From the NCBI GenBank assembly GCA_043228905.1, contig JBHGNT010000018.1:1364001-1428000 (forward strand): DNA of 64,000 nt, read 5' to 3'. The DNA is from Azolla caroliniana (lineage: Eukaryota > Plantae > Polypodiophyta). The notes beneath the pieces were generated by a model that worked only from the letters and a program-made list of their open reading frames with translations, did not search any database and was not told the origin of the DNA. Made by a program: the position numbers and the translations under genes. Positions within the stretch are counted from its first letter, which is position 1; the number at the start of each line of letters is the position of its first letter. Below are positions 48,701-60,649 of the stretch, one piece after another.

Positions 48701-50723
48701 AATGCCCGGTGTGGGAAGGACGAAGAGACCAACGCGGAGGTCGGGTCTACGGCGGATGAGCGTGAAGTGAAGCATGCACTACGGCCGGCGGAGGGTCAAG
48801 GAACAAGCATGCACTCGGGGGAGCATCAACGAGTGACCGGAAACGGTGGACCGATTGAGCCTTTCAGAGGCGAGGACTCGGTGGTGGACCGAGAGTGGGA
48901 GGAACCCTCCACACCTACCCGTGAGGCATCGACAGTCGCGGATCGAAAGGAGAATGAGGAAACAGTGGGTGGTGGCGAGGAGTTGGAGACCGACGCGGAG
49001 GTCGGGTCTACGGCGAAAGCGCGACATGAGACGCATGCAATACGGCCGGTGGAGGGCCAAGACACAAGCATGCATACGGCGGATGGGCGACAACGATTGA
49101 CCGACGATGACGGTCGGGTCAAGCCTTCGAGAGGCAAGCGCTGGACGAAGGACGGTGCGGCGAAACACCAAGATCGACGACATGGGCGGAGCGCGATCGG
49201 CATGAGCGGAGAGTCGTATCTAGGAAAAGGAAGGCGATGCGTGGAGAACAACAGGGTACACACTGGGAAGAGAAAGCGCGGCGGCTTCCCGGAGGGCATA
49301 CAAGGCCAAGCGGGCCAAGAGGGCGCAAGTCGAGGCGAGGCGATAACGAGAGCCTCGAGGGACACCGACACGGAGGTCGGGATGACGGTACGCTCTATGG
49401 CGAGAGAGCACGACGGGCAAAGGAGAGGCAACGAATGCGGAATGGGGCTGCCTAAGGGCCAAACAATGGGCACATATTCGGGGGAAAACATCGTTGCATG
49501 GGAAGAGCCTACGGAAGGCAAGCACGGAGCGGAGAGAGTCGGCACGCCGAGGTGCGCGGCACGCAAAGGGCAGAATCCGGCATGTGACCAGAGGATATAC
49601 GAGGCGGACAAAGGAAGAGCAACCGGGTCGGCGACGGTGTTCGGGAGGACCGAACGGGGAGGAAAGCACGGGCATCGGATACGGCGGGTCGGATGTAGTC
49701 GGTGGTTCAAGGACCAAGGGTGGACGTGGCGGATCGGGTGGAGGCAACGACTCGGCGAACATCGTCGAGTGTGGCAGATTGGATGGCGTAGACGGTTCGA
49801 GACCATTCGGCGAGGATGGTGGACCGGAAGACGGCGGTGGTTCGTGTGCACGGAGTGGTCTTGATCGAAGTGGAAGACAAAACCGGGCGGGCCCACGAGG
49901 ACGCTAAGGACTCGGCCGGTCGTCGTGGCCGAAAATCTCGTGTTCTCTCCCCTATGGTTTGGCACATACCGGTGGATGTGCGGTTAGGTGGGGGCGGATG
50001 TCGTGAAGATTTTGGTCCATGAGCGGAAACCCGAGCAACGAGAGCCAAAGAGCGATGTGCAACGTTGCACACGTACATAATGTATTTGTAATAATAATAG
50101 GGGTAAAGGGTATGGTGCTAGAAATGCTACATAAGATCCCTAAGGTATAAAGGCGATGTGGTCTTGTGTGCACATCCACGCGAGAGAGAGAGAGAGAGAG
50201 GTACTATGCGGTACATAGGTACCTAGTTGTTTGTGAGGAGGTGGGAGTTAAGGGGCCATCAATCTCACCCTCCCCCAAATCAAGGCAAATATCCCCTTTG
50301 AATGAAAGGGGATATTTTAGTCTCGTTTTTGTAAACGGTCTTCCCTCCTTGTGCTATAAAAGGAGAGGGAAGGCACCATTGTGAGGGTTGCCTATTTTGA
50401 GTGTGCGAGGTATACCACATAGGTCGAGCGTTAGGGTTAGGGTTAGGGTTTTCTTTGTCTTCTCTTCATCTTCATCGGTTAGGGTTTTCGAGTAGTCGTT
50501 TGGTGCAGCCTACGCAACCACCGTTTGTAATCGTTCATTTCGTTTTAATACATCTTGTTGTTCATCTTGTCTCCATCTCCCTCTTGTTCGATCTAGTCTC
50601 TTGTTCATTCTTCTTCTTCTTGAGCAAAGCTTCCATTCCGTGTCCGATTCCTTCTCCTCTACTCCTTAGTCCAAGACCCCCGTGGTCCCGCCCTTCTCCA
50701 CGCACGCGCGTAGCAACGCGACA
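45714..50723 (+). mobile_element. Non-autonomous LTR element (Trp-primed gypsy lineage): gag N-terminus and repetitive ORF, no pol
   Basis: 725-bp LTRs 45714-46438 and 49999-50723 (about a dozen differences); 4-bp TSD ACGC; PBS TGGTGAACCTGACGTGA (46443-46459); PPT GGTGGGGGCGGA; FREFDLWFSQLS..LFLKSV resembles the gag at ~17600; no RT/RH/INT motifs. Confidence 0.9.
47312..49864 (+). CDS. 850-aa E/G/R/T-rich repetitive ORF of unknown function
   Basis: Open frame with repeats TLHxPxxETPAxxPxAxVRPR, GEGAERATLSxCG and EEPSTP..VAD; GC-rich, so coding status is uncertain. Confidence 0.4.
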   Translation: MRPRVTSGSGGKLGDHDGDMGEGAERATLSSCGEWTAMEAGNYGFGTRRLETSREEETSGSATTLHTLALEAPAVGPIADVRPRATGGGGGKAGNQDNGKKTVEEEATSVIDACIYGGGVAMDDDVRMEVATGIASMSSGVATLHAPVQETPAASPNARVRPRVTNGGGGKAGDHGDDVGEGAERATLSICGKRTAMDEADIYGAMDATSRVGESFGTRLPERFYEDFASILEAWESEEEEETSGGATTFHTPVLETPATGPRADVRPRETDSDDGKAGNRDDEEEVCSGRRRDPSTPGSETLAVAPERGHKTGEMGGGREDERPGVGTCEKAEGEVRSGIEERVGNRPDRKISRSVIRPDRETERKKSEVGAGKLGTNRRKPARPGLFDRFVAGRVRLQWEPVRARRRLTRHDEYGSVRGREQEEPSTPMLETSAVADQRKTEEMAGGGEELEDNPESGTRVNARCGKDEETNAEVGSTADEREVKHALRPAEGQGTSMHSGEHQRVTGNGGPIEPFRGEDSVVDREWEEPSTPTREASTVADRKENEETVGGGEELETDAEVGSTAKARHETHAIRPVEGQDTSMHTADGRQRLTDDDGRVKPSRGKRWTKDGAAKHQDRRHGRSAIGMSGESYLGKGRRCVENNRVHTGKRKRGGFPEGIQGQAGQEGASRGEAITRASRDTDTEVGMTVRSMAREHDGQRRGNECGMGLPKGQTMGTYSGENIVAWEEPTEGKHGAERVGTPRCAARKGQNPACDQRIYEADKGRATGSATVFGRTERGGKHGHRIRRVGCSRWFKDQGWTWRIGWRQRLGEHRRVWQIGWRRRFETIRRGWWTGRRRWFVCTEWS

Positions 50724-51163
50724 ACGCTTAGCCCTTTCTTTGTCATTGTTCTACGTTGTCGAGATGTTGATGTTACCCTTAGGAGAAGAAAGATGACAAG
50801 AAGTAGTTGAAACGGCTGAATGCCTGAAAGAGTGTGAAGTCGGCTAAAGTGTGAAAGCCAAAGCCAATTGGACAGCCATTTAGAGTGTGAAGCTGAATTA
50901 TTATTAAATGACGAATATTATGATTAGACGAATTATTATAAGATAGGAAACGATGTAGTAGATTTTACATCCGAATAACTATGACGTATGATCTTTAGAG
51001 ATGTGATCCGAAAGGATGTGTCGATCAGATTCAGTAATGTAACTACACATGCTTACCTATAAAAGGGGCATGACCATAGTACTATAGAGGGTTGTATATT
51101 GTGTATAACTTTTATATAGAGAGATTTTGATATACACTGCCAATGTGTCTCAATGTTATATAT

Positions 51164-51235
51164 TGTAATGAAATGAGGAGCACGAGTGGCTGAGATGCAA
51201 CGGAAGGACTGTGTGTGTGTGTGTCTACGTAAGGC

Positions 51236-51272
<37 letters not shown>

Positions 51273-54200
51273 AGACAGAGATAAAGATTGTATATTACAT
51301 TAACCAAAATACTTCCAACAGTAACTAAGTTACAAGGGGTTGGTTTAAATACCAACTAAACTAGGGCAAGTGCCCTTTCTACTATTTACAAAACTAGCCT
51401 GGTATGACCATGAGCTAGTGTGAAACCTATTATTATGGGAAGTTGAGTTCGACTCTCAGCCCGCCCCGTCGAACACAACTTCCATCTGTCGAAAAGTTGT
51501 TTTGGTTTGGTCTTCGAAATCCGGCTTCCGGTGTTCGTAATCCTCTAACTGGATTGTTCGGCTTTTCGGCTTCGTGCTCAGTTTGATTAACTACGTGTTA
51601 CGTATTCATGTATCATTGCATGTTGTGTATCGTTCTGTGTTACGTCCATGTCGTACTCCCCCTCGAGCTCGGCAAAGTGGATGTCGTGAGACCAAGGTCC
51701 GATGAGAATTGCTTGAGCTTGTCGACCCCTAAGGTCTTCGTAAAAATATAAGTAATCTGGAGGTGCATACTGATATGTTGTAGATCGATATCTCTAGCCT
51801 GTACGCACTCGTGGATGAAGTGGTAATGCACTTCGATGTGTTTAGTCTGCGCGTGGAAAATGGGGTTCCGGGCGAGGTAGATGTTGCTCATGTTGTCGCA
51901 GTAGAGGCGAATTGGATCCATAATGGGAACGTCCAGATCCTTCAATATGCACTTGAGCCATACGGCTTCGCATGCGGCAACTGTCGTGCCCCTGTATTCG
52001 GCTTCTGTGCTCGACAGTGCGACTGTCGGGTGCTTCTTATTGCTCCAGGAGATCGCTCTGTTGCCGAGGGAGAAGACGAATCTGATGTGGATCGTCTATC
52101 CACTTTGTATCCTGCCCAGTCCGTGTCTGAGTATCCTTCAAATTGAATGGTCGTATTTGACTTATACAGAATGCCATAATCCATCGTCGTACTATCATAC
52201 CGGAGTATCCTCTTAGCGCAATCGAGATGAAAGTTTCGCGGATTCTGCATGAATTGACTAACTTAGTAGGCCGACCGAATAACTGAGGTCGGGTCGCGTA
52301 ATGGTGAGATAGATTAAGTTGCCGATCAATTGACGATACTGAGTTGACTCGCACACAATTGTGCCGGAATCGGAATCCATTTTGCGATTACAATCGAGAG
52401 GGGTGGACACATGTTTGCAATCAGTCATTCCGAACTTGTAGAGAAAGTTGAGAACGTAGTGTCATTGAGAGATCATTATTCTGACTGGTGTCCAAATTAC
52501 TTCAATGCCTAGGAAGTAATGGAGCTCGTTCAGGTCTTTCGTTTCGAATCTGCCAGAGAGAAGTGATTTGACTTTGTTAATCTCGGCGAGATCCTTTCCT
52601 CCGATGACAAAATCATCCATGTAAAGGATGATGACAATCAGGCTATCCGACTCGTTCCAGATGTACAAGTATGGGATTTTGACATTCGAAATCTTATCAA
52701 ATGAAGATACTGCGTAATCTTCGAGTGCCACGCATAGGGTGCTTGTTTGAGGCCATATAGTGGCTTCTTGAGGTAGCATACGGCGTGTGGGTGGTTGAAT
52801 CATATGTACTTCCTCTTCTAATTCTCCTTGGAGGATGGCGTTTGTCACGTCCATTTGGTGGAGTTGCCACACTTTTGCTGCAACAAGAGCAATTACGGTT
52901 TGCATGGTGGTCATCTTTGCCACCGGAGCAATGGTCTTTTCGTAGTCTACGTCGTGCGTTTGTGCGTATCCTTTCACAATGAGCTGTGCTTTCAAGCAAT
53001 TTACAGAGCCGTCGACATTGTATTTCACTTTGTAAATCCATCAACCGCCAATCGCTTTCTTGTGCAGCGTGTGAGGGACGAGATCCCATGTCTCGTTTTT
53101 GCATACCGCTTCCATTTCCTCATGCATCGCATCGACCCATCGTGGATCCTTTACAACTTCGGAAAGCGTCTTCGGCTCTTGTACTAACGCTACCTTCATC
53201 ATGAAGGCATAATCGTACGCCATATAATCGTTGTAGCCGAAGCAGCTTACGGGGGTTCTTTTCACGGGTGGATCAGCAGAGCTTCTCGTTTGCAGATGCT
53301 AAGGCTTTCTTCGCTCCATCTGTCCGAATGATTGGGATGTACATGCCTTCGAACTCACTGTTAAGGGAGTGAATTGACGCGTTGTCGATTGGATCTTCGT
53401 ATTCGGACATCTTGGCCTTCCCTTTGTCGAGTTTCGGACCCGATCGAAATGTGCTTTGGTCACTCAGGGGCTCCTGTGGTCCACTAAGTCGTGTCATAAT
53501 CGGGCTTTCTTCGTACATCCGCATGAGCCGATCTTCATCTTCTATCTCCATTTCGGCGGATTCCGGGTCAAGCGGGGTCAGAGTCGAAGTTGTTTCTGGT
53601 GCATACTAGGATGCGGACTCGTCGAAAACGACATCTCGACTTACGCGAGCTTTTCGGGTAGATGGGTTGTAGCATTTTTACACCTTCTGTTCAAGTGAGT
53701 ATCCTACGAGGATACATTTCTCCCACTTCGGGTCGAGCTTTTGTCGCATATCGTCGTTGAATATGTACGTACACGATTGCGCCGAAAATGCGAACATGTG
53801 ATAAGTCTGGCTTCTTTCAAAAGAACTTCTGATGAGGAGTTATGTCGTGTACTCCCGAGGTTGTGCACCTATTCATGAGTTATACAGCCGTGTTCACCGT
53901 TTTTGCCCAATATGATTTTGGCAGGTTCTTCTCATTCAGCATAGCCCGTGTGACCTCTACTATGTGCCGGTTTTTACGGTCAACTACGTCGTTCTACTGA
54001 GGTCTGTGACGGCATGAGAATTCTCGTCAGATTCCTTCCTTTCGGAGATACTCTATAAATTCATCCAAAAAGTATTCTTTGCCTCCATCCGATCGAAGGC
54101 AGCGTACATGCCGACCCGTAGTTTTTTCGACTTCGGCCTTGAAACTCTAGAAGTGTCCGAACACTTCGCTCTTCTGTCTGATCGGGTAGATCCAGGTGTG

Positions 54201-55792
54201 CCTGGAGAAGTCGTCGATGAACATGAGAGAGAGAGAGAGAGAAGCACCCTTCGTCGTTGAATCGTACCTGCATTCCTTGTTCAACATTTTGGCCAACCGA
54301 GACTAGGTTTTTTGTGATGGTAGGGACATGCAATACGTTCTTGAGATAGGTTTGCTTGCCATTGTTTTCGAATGGGATGTTCCCAATATGCTGTATTGGA
54401 TGAGTCGTGTCATCGCCTATCTCAACATATCTGGGTCGTTCGGGTTTTCGCAATTCCCAAAACCAATCTTCATGAGACATCATGTGGTTGGATGCTCCTA
54501 AGTCAACAAACCATACGTTATTTGAAGTGGAGGCGCTAGTTGAAGCATGTGCTCACATCGAATGTGCTTCGTGCCTCATTACGAACATTCCACCACGGTC
54601 GTCGTAGTCGGGATTCATGGCGTAATTTGTAAACATTCCGCTACGATCGTCGTAGTCAGAATTTGATGCGTAATTCGTGAACATTCTGCTACGATTGTCA
54701 TAGTCGGAGTTCGATGCGTAGTTCATGAGTTGTCGGCTAGTTGAAGCCGACTGTCATAGCTTTTTCCGGCACTCCTCTTCATAGTGGCCATGTTTACCAC
54801 AATAACCGCATTTGATCGGGTTGTTATGATTTCTCGGTCCGGCGTGATAACTCCCCCTTCTGTCGAACTCTCTGGAACCGTTCCTGTCTGCTTGCCATTG
54901 GTGGGGGTTACGCTCTTGAGTCTGCAGACCATTACGGCCTTGCTCGAATCGACCTCTATTTCCATCACCGAAATTTCTTCTATCATCTGACTGGGAGTAG
55001 AGCATATGACCCTCTAGTGCGTTGCTCCTTTGTCGGGCATGATTTTCCTCAACCAACAGTATTGATTCGAGATCGAAAAATGAAGGAGGGTTCTCCCTTG
55101 CAAGGATGGTCGATCTAATCGAGCCAAATTGGGGTGCTAAGCCGCCGAGGCATATTTGCACCATCTCGTCAAGGTCGATTACGACATTGATCGATCGGAG
55201 GGCATCACACAACTCCTTGATCTTTAAGGTATAGCCTGTGATCGACATGTCCCTCTGTTGCATGTTGTTTAGCTCCTTTCGTGCAGCCGTGTTGGCCGCA
55301 AAAAATCTTCTTGAGATTTCCCCAAGCTTCTTTTGGTGTTTTCGAATCTCGAATATAGCCAAGCATATGATCATGGATGCATGATGCAAGGCAATACAAC
55401 ACACTGCTTGCGGCCTTCTCCCAAGCAGGATAGTCGGCATGTGTTGGGTTGGGTTGAGTTTCGTGAGCTCCTTCAATGTAGCTTCAGTAACCTTGTCCGA
55501 CAAGATATTGATGCATCTTGTATTCCCAAGATGCGAAATTTGTTCTGTCAAACTTCTCGGTAGGAAGAGCGCTTCCCATCTGAGTGTTCATTATGTCGAT
55601 TTCTTCTCTGTTGATGAACCAGTTCTGTTGATCGTGGACGTGTACCACAACACAATTGAATAGATTCGATTAAGCAACGACACACTCTGATACCATTTAA
55701 TAGAATGAGGAGCACGAGTGGCTGAGATGCAGCGGAAGGACTCTGTGTGTGTGTACGTAAGGCAAAATAGAGAGAGAGAGAGAGAGAGAGAG
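51164..55792 (-). mobile_element. Degenerate Ty1/copia element; 5' LTR truncated at a (GA)n tract
   Basis: 3' LTR ~51164-51655; PPT GAGGGGGAG; RNase H YCDN..TKHIEVHYH; RT KAQLIVKGYAQ, HQMDV; gag 54754-55551 with CGYCGKHGHYEEEC; Met PBS TGGTATCAGAG (55685-55695); 5' LTR remnant 55696-55792. Confidence 0.9.
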
Positions 55793-56927
55793 ATTATATT
55801 ATCGTCTTCGAAGGTCAAATATGACCTATGAGACCAAAACTATTACATTTCACGTGATACGTGTGAAAGTGAGTAGTGACTCTCGATATTCAAGAACTTT
55901 ACCAATGAATGTTGCAATCGAGAGTGCACATTGTGGTTGTGAGAGGAATTCATGCAAGGATTGGGCTCGGTCGAAGAGATGTGGAAAGCATGGTCGAATA
56001 TGATCAAAGGCAGAGCATTGTATCAAAGTGTGCTACTCAGACTCGCGAACTTGTTTAGGGCAAAGTGTGCATAGCCGACCACTCTCATCATTTGTACCCC
56101 AACACCATGTTTCACTTCGCAATGCATGTGAGCTAAGTCACATGGAAGCAATGGTTCGAATGGCAAATAACGGTATGGGCTCTAAAATGTATCGATGTGT
56201 ACAAATTCCCCGTTCCGCAAAGAATATGGTTTTGTTGTTAGGTGCATCATGTGTAGTATAATGTGTGAAGCGTGGGCCTCCACATTTGTCCCATGTCATG
56301 ATACATTGGCGTTGCAAAAAGGCCTCATTTACATAGGAATCTAATGATGCATCATGAAGCAAGTGTCTTGCATCCCATCTACCAAACCATTATTCTATAT
56401 CTTGCATCCAACTGGCACACAAAATTTTGCTTTTATGTGTCTTTTGGATCTTTTTGCTTGCTTCCCATGCAATTCTAGGAAGTCGATGTGAGGGACTTTT
56501 TTGAACCTTAAGCATGTATTCAACAACCCTTTCCATGGCCATGATCTCAATGGGAAGCAATCCCGTCTCAAGGAGGAGGAGAGTGTAGTGCGTTTGTTTC
56601 TTAACTTGTAGAAAGTTTGTAAGAAAATGTTTTTGGACATTTTCAAACTCTTTCCACATAGATTTAGGGATGCTACTGCCCCATACTTCCACCCCATAGA
56701 GAAGAACCGGTGTCACCAAAGTGTTGAAAAGATATTTCTTGAGGACCCAACACTTAATGTCTCCAAGATTGTATGTGTTCTCAAATGCATAGTATGGTCG
56801 CTTACCTGCCTCTAAGCGGCGTGTGGCACATTCATTCCATCTATGATTTGAAGGAACTTCAAGGCCAAGATATTTGAAGCTTTCCACACATTCAAATGGC
56901 TCATTGTTGTACATAATGCATGGTTCA
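55793..56927 (-). mobile_element. 5'-truncated RTEX-like LINE (post-RT region and C-terminal Cys/His knuckle)
   Basis: VESFKYLG, LVTPVLLYGVEVWG, LSSHALRSE..RLCTLC..ESEYHTLIQC; (GA)n tracts on both sides. Confidence 0.8.
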
Positions 56928-56954
56928 AGAGAGAGAGAGAAAGAAAGAAAGAAA

Positions 56955-59746
56955 GATATATTAACGTCTTCTAAGGCCAAAATTGGCCCATGAGACAAAT
57001 GGTGTACAACAAAAATGGGATATTTACCCATTCATCGAAAGTAAAAATAAAAATAAGATAAAATAGAGTTTAAGCTAAATAGTTCTAAGAAAACAACAAA
57101 CATGTTCTATATAAAAAACATGTTCTACAATGAGAATGATTCTATACTAGGCCTAATTTCATTTCCATCCAAGTCTCTCGAAGAGAAGCGGGGGGTCAAA
57201 GGGTTGCCATGATGTGGATGTGGCCCGTGGTCCCCATGTAAGAGGTACCCCAACCATAGCTTCGAGTCGGCGTAGCTCACGTTCCCTTATTTTCTTAATC
57301 TTTTCTACTCCACGTTGACTTGTGTTGAAGCCCAACATCCGAGGACGTTTGGTTGCTCTTTGTATTTCTGCTTCCTCAAGGGAGAGGCCGAGCGGCATAA
57401 GTGTATCCACATTCATCGTCTCCCCATGTTCCTGAAAAATTACACTAGGTACATGTTGATGAGTAGTAAAAGGGTTATGATTAACACTTTGTAATTTATC
57501 CTCCCTATGTTGTTTTAGCTCTAAGATATACCTACCTAGTCTCTTTACACTCGGGGTATCTAATAGTTTGGAGAGGGTGGGAGAGGGTCCTAGTATGTCT
57601 TGGTATTCCGCCCGTATCTCGGCATAAGTTGGGCACTTGCATGTGAAGTGATACTCATCCTCTATCTCTATGTGGCATAACCTACATAGCCTTTCCTCTC
57701 TAGGGACTCTATTAGCTCGACCATTCTCAATCTCAAGTTGGTGAGATGATATCCTAAGTTGTCCAATGGCCACCCTTAGTGCATTTGATAAGAAAGTATC
57801 TAGGTATCTTGGTCGTGTAATAAACCCTAACTTAGAGAAGTGCAAGAAGTGGTCCTTATAGTACACCATTTTAGATGGGAGTGGCTCTCGTGGGGTGATC
57901 CATTTGTATCGAGTGTAGATTTGCCATATGTCTTGGCGTATCACTTTATTACGATCTTCACGAGAGATTAAAGTTTGATCAGTCCCATGGTTGTACTTAA
58001 GGGGAGGTAGGTTATTAATGTCTATGCCATTTGCAAATAACCAACTCACCACAATGCTATACCAAGAGTTGGTGTCTCCAGACACATGTAAGGATCGGGA
58101 TGCCTCAAAGGCTCGACGGGATATCCTATCTTGTGGTTGACTATGTATCCGATGAATAAAAGCTACCACTTGAAAGAGTGCTTCTACTAACATCGGGGGT
58201 AGGCTAAACTCCGCTCTAATAATGTCATGTGGTACTGTCGATTTGCTTCGGAGTTGACGTGATAACATCACCACTAAAGGTCTCTCCAATTGCGTCCACA
58301 TGAAAGATGGTAGACCTGGAGCCCATACTACTGATGCATACATGAGGGACGGGGTCACTAATGAGTCGAAAAGCCATCCCTTAGTCCGTGGCTCTTGAAA
58401 GTATGCTTGGTGGCATTGTCTCTCTAAGAGTGAGAGGGATGCATATCCTCTCGTTAGCCTATCTTTGGCTGCCTGGGTCATCGAGAATTTACCTGAGCGA
58501 GCACTAAAAGTGACTCCCAAGTATACATAAGATCCCACCACCTCAACTAGTTTATGAGAGAGGATGAGGTGACATTTACTCCTAACTCTGGACGATGTAT
58601 GAAAGATAAGGACTTTAGTTTTCGCTAGATTCACTACCAGTCCTCGTTGTGTACAAAAGTCATCTAGGGCATTAAGATGCTTTTGTAGGTCGTGTTCCGA
58701 CTCCGAGAGCAAGACAATGTCGTCTGCGTAGAGTAAGAGACTAACTTGCGTATCCCCAATAGCCACTCCTTTGCCTCCCTTACGAGCAATAAAATCAGTG
58801 ATCTCATCAATGTAGATCCCAAAAAGAGTCGGTGATAGGGGGCAACCCTGTTTTACACCAATGGTGCTAGTGAAACAATCGGATAGGCCACCTGGGCATC
58901 TTACGCGCCCATAGACTTGCTCATATAGGGCATAAATGGCCCAAATCATGTCATTTGGTATCTCCAGGCTCTTAAGTCTATCAAACAACCTCTCCCTAGG
59001 AACTGTATCAAAGGCTTTGCGAAAGTCCACAAAGCAACAATATAGTTTCTTCTTACGAGCCTTTGTTTGGTCAATTAAGCACCTAAGTGTAAAGATGTGG
59101 TCAATAGTGGAGAAGGCTCGTCTAAAGCCAGCCTGCTCAGGTGCTCGAAGACTTAATGTTTCCATATAATCACTGAGCTCCGCTTCCATTACTGCACCAT
59201 ATAGTTTAGCAAGCGTATGACCTATCATAATGGTCCTATATGTATTTGGGTCCATTGGGTCCCCTCCTTTATGTATAGGGGCCACAGTGTTCATGGCCCA
59301 TTGTGGTGGAAAACCCTCGGCGAGGGCGCGGTTGAAGATTAGAGTGAGAAGGGGAGCTAGGCACTCTCGAGCATATATGATGTGCTCGGCTCGCAATCCT
59401 GTGTGGTCCATGGATTTCCTATGTTGTAATTTTTTTATGACCTTCGTGACCCTAGAGGTCGTGAAAAGTGTCCCCATGGTAGGTCGAGGTGTGGAGGGCA
59501 TTGGAATGGGTGGTTGGTTCGGGACATGGTAGAGTCTCTCGGTATATGTGTGCCAAATATTGGGATCCTCGATGGGTGTTTGTGGTCTCGGTTCCCGTAG
59601 TCTCTTCCATGCAAGGGCACAATCCCTACTCATGAGCATATGGTAGAGTTCCCAATATTGGGATGCTTCCCAAGCTCGTCTTTTACGACGTGTCATCTTG
59701 CGCATCTCTTTGCGAGCCTGTACTAAGGAGATAGTACCACTGAGTC
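56955..59746 (-). mobile_element. 5'-truncated young RTEX-like LINE with uninterrupted RT ORF
   Basis: PIHKGG, QAGFR, FVDFRKAFD, GVKQGCPLSP, YADD, YLG, LRISSHQLEIENGR..ERLCRLC..EDEYHFTCKCP; no endonuclease; flanked by GA/GAAA tracts. Confidence 0.88.
57159..59746 (-). CDS. LINE reverse transcriptase ORF, N-terminally truncated
   Basis: ~860 codons without a stop; the first ~38 aa of the track ORF come from the flanking microsatellite. Confidence 0.8.
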
Positions 59747-59855
59747 GAGAGAGAGAGAGAGGGAGAGGGAGAGGGAGGGAGGGAGAGAGAGAGAGGTAGC
59801 GGGAGACTACACTAACGAGAGGAGGGAGAGAGGGAGAGAGAGGGAGGGAGGTTTC

Positions 59856-60013
59856 CAAACTGGTTCACAAACTGGTTTCCATGCCAGTTCCCATCAGTTT
59901 GGTTTGGTTTGGTTTGGTTCAGGTTTGAGAACCCAAAACGGTTTAGGCTTAACTAGTTTGCCTTGGATAAGGCCAAACCGGTTAAGCCTAAACCAAACCG
60001 TTGTCAATCCCTA
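59856..60013. mobile_element. Single end of a hAT-type element
   Basis: Ends CCGTTGTCAATCCCTA (TAGGG-type TIR) with many GGTTT/AAACC subterminal motifs; partner end not found. Confidence 0.55.
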
Positions 60014-60159
60014 GGTATACCTCAAAGGTACATAATGCTTTCTGAGTGAATATCGTACTATCTCATGCCAACAAAGTTCTTGTCGTAAATCAAATGAACA
60101 AAAATGGAAAAATAATGTTAAGGATGTGCCTAAAGATAGAAATGTAGGCAAATAGGATC

Positions 60160-60630
60160 CCGTGACCTATGAGACTAACCCACGTCTTCTACGACTATGC
60201 TTTTGGAATTGCAATGGATACCCATGGAATGCAGGATTTGGCATAGATGAGTTCAGTGATGACTCGGATATCACACGTCTTGTTGAAACATGGGAGCATG
60301 ATACTCAAAGTATTCAAGGTTTAAGAAACTATAACATACTCTCTTTGATATGGGAGAAAAATCCAAGATAAAGAATAGGACAAGGAGGGGTGGCATGTTT
60401 CATTAAGAAGAAAATAGAGAAATATGTGTCAATCATATAAGTGATGAACGTAAATGCTAAATATGCCTCAAAATAGAAACACCTAATAATTTTCCTACTT
60501 TTGTAGTTGGATGTTACGTTCCTTATCAAGATTCTAACTTTTATGTTTGTTTGGATAAAGATCGACCTTTCATCAAACTAGAAGATAATATTATTATTTT
60601 CAAATCCAAAGGAGAAGTTATTGTCTCTAG
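60160..60630 (+). mobile_element. LINE AP-endonuclease fragment
   Basis: LCFWNCNG, LVETW, GQGGVACFIKK, VVGCYVP motifs with stops. Confidence 0.65.
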
Positions 60631-60649
60631 TGGCATTCTAACTTAGTCC

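Noticed and set aside
46789-50078. Many long antisense and overlapping ORFs
   Set aside because: Expected in GC-rich repetitive DNA; no recognisable domains.
50724-51163. Possible additional LTR remnant (TATAAAAGGGG at ~51057)
   Set aside because: No partner, termini or TSD identified.
56928-57031. N-terminus of ORF 56390..57031
   Set aside because: Chance in-frame read-through from LINE 2's 3' UTR and the microsatellite into LINE 1.
59747-59858. Ser/Leu/Pro-rich N-terminus of the 899-aa ORF
   Set aside because: Translation of a (TC)-rich microsatellite, not LINE coding sequence.
60161-60175. TGACCTATGAGAC match to the LINE 3' motif at 55822-55834
   Set aside because: Only 13 bp, the hairpin partner is absent, and chance cannot be excluded.
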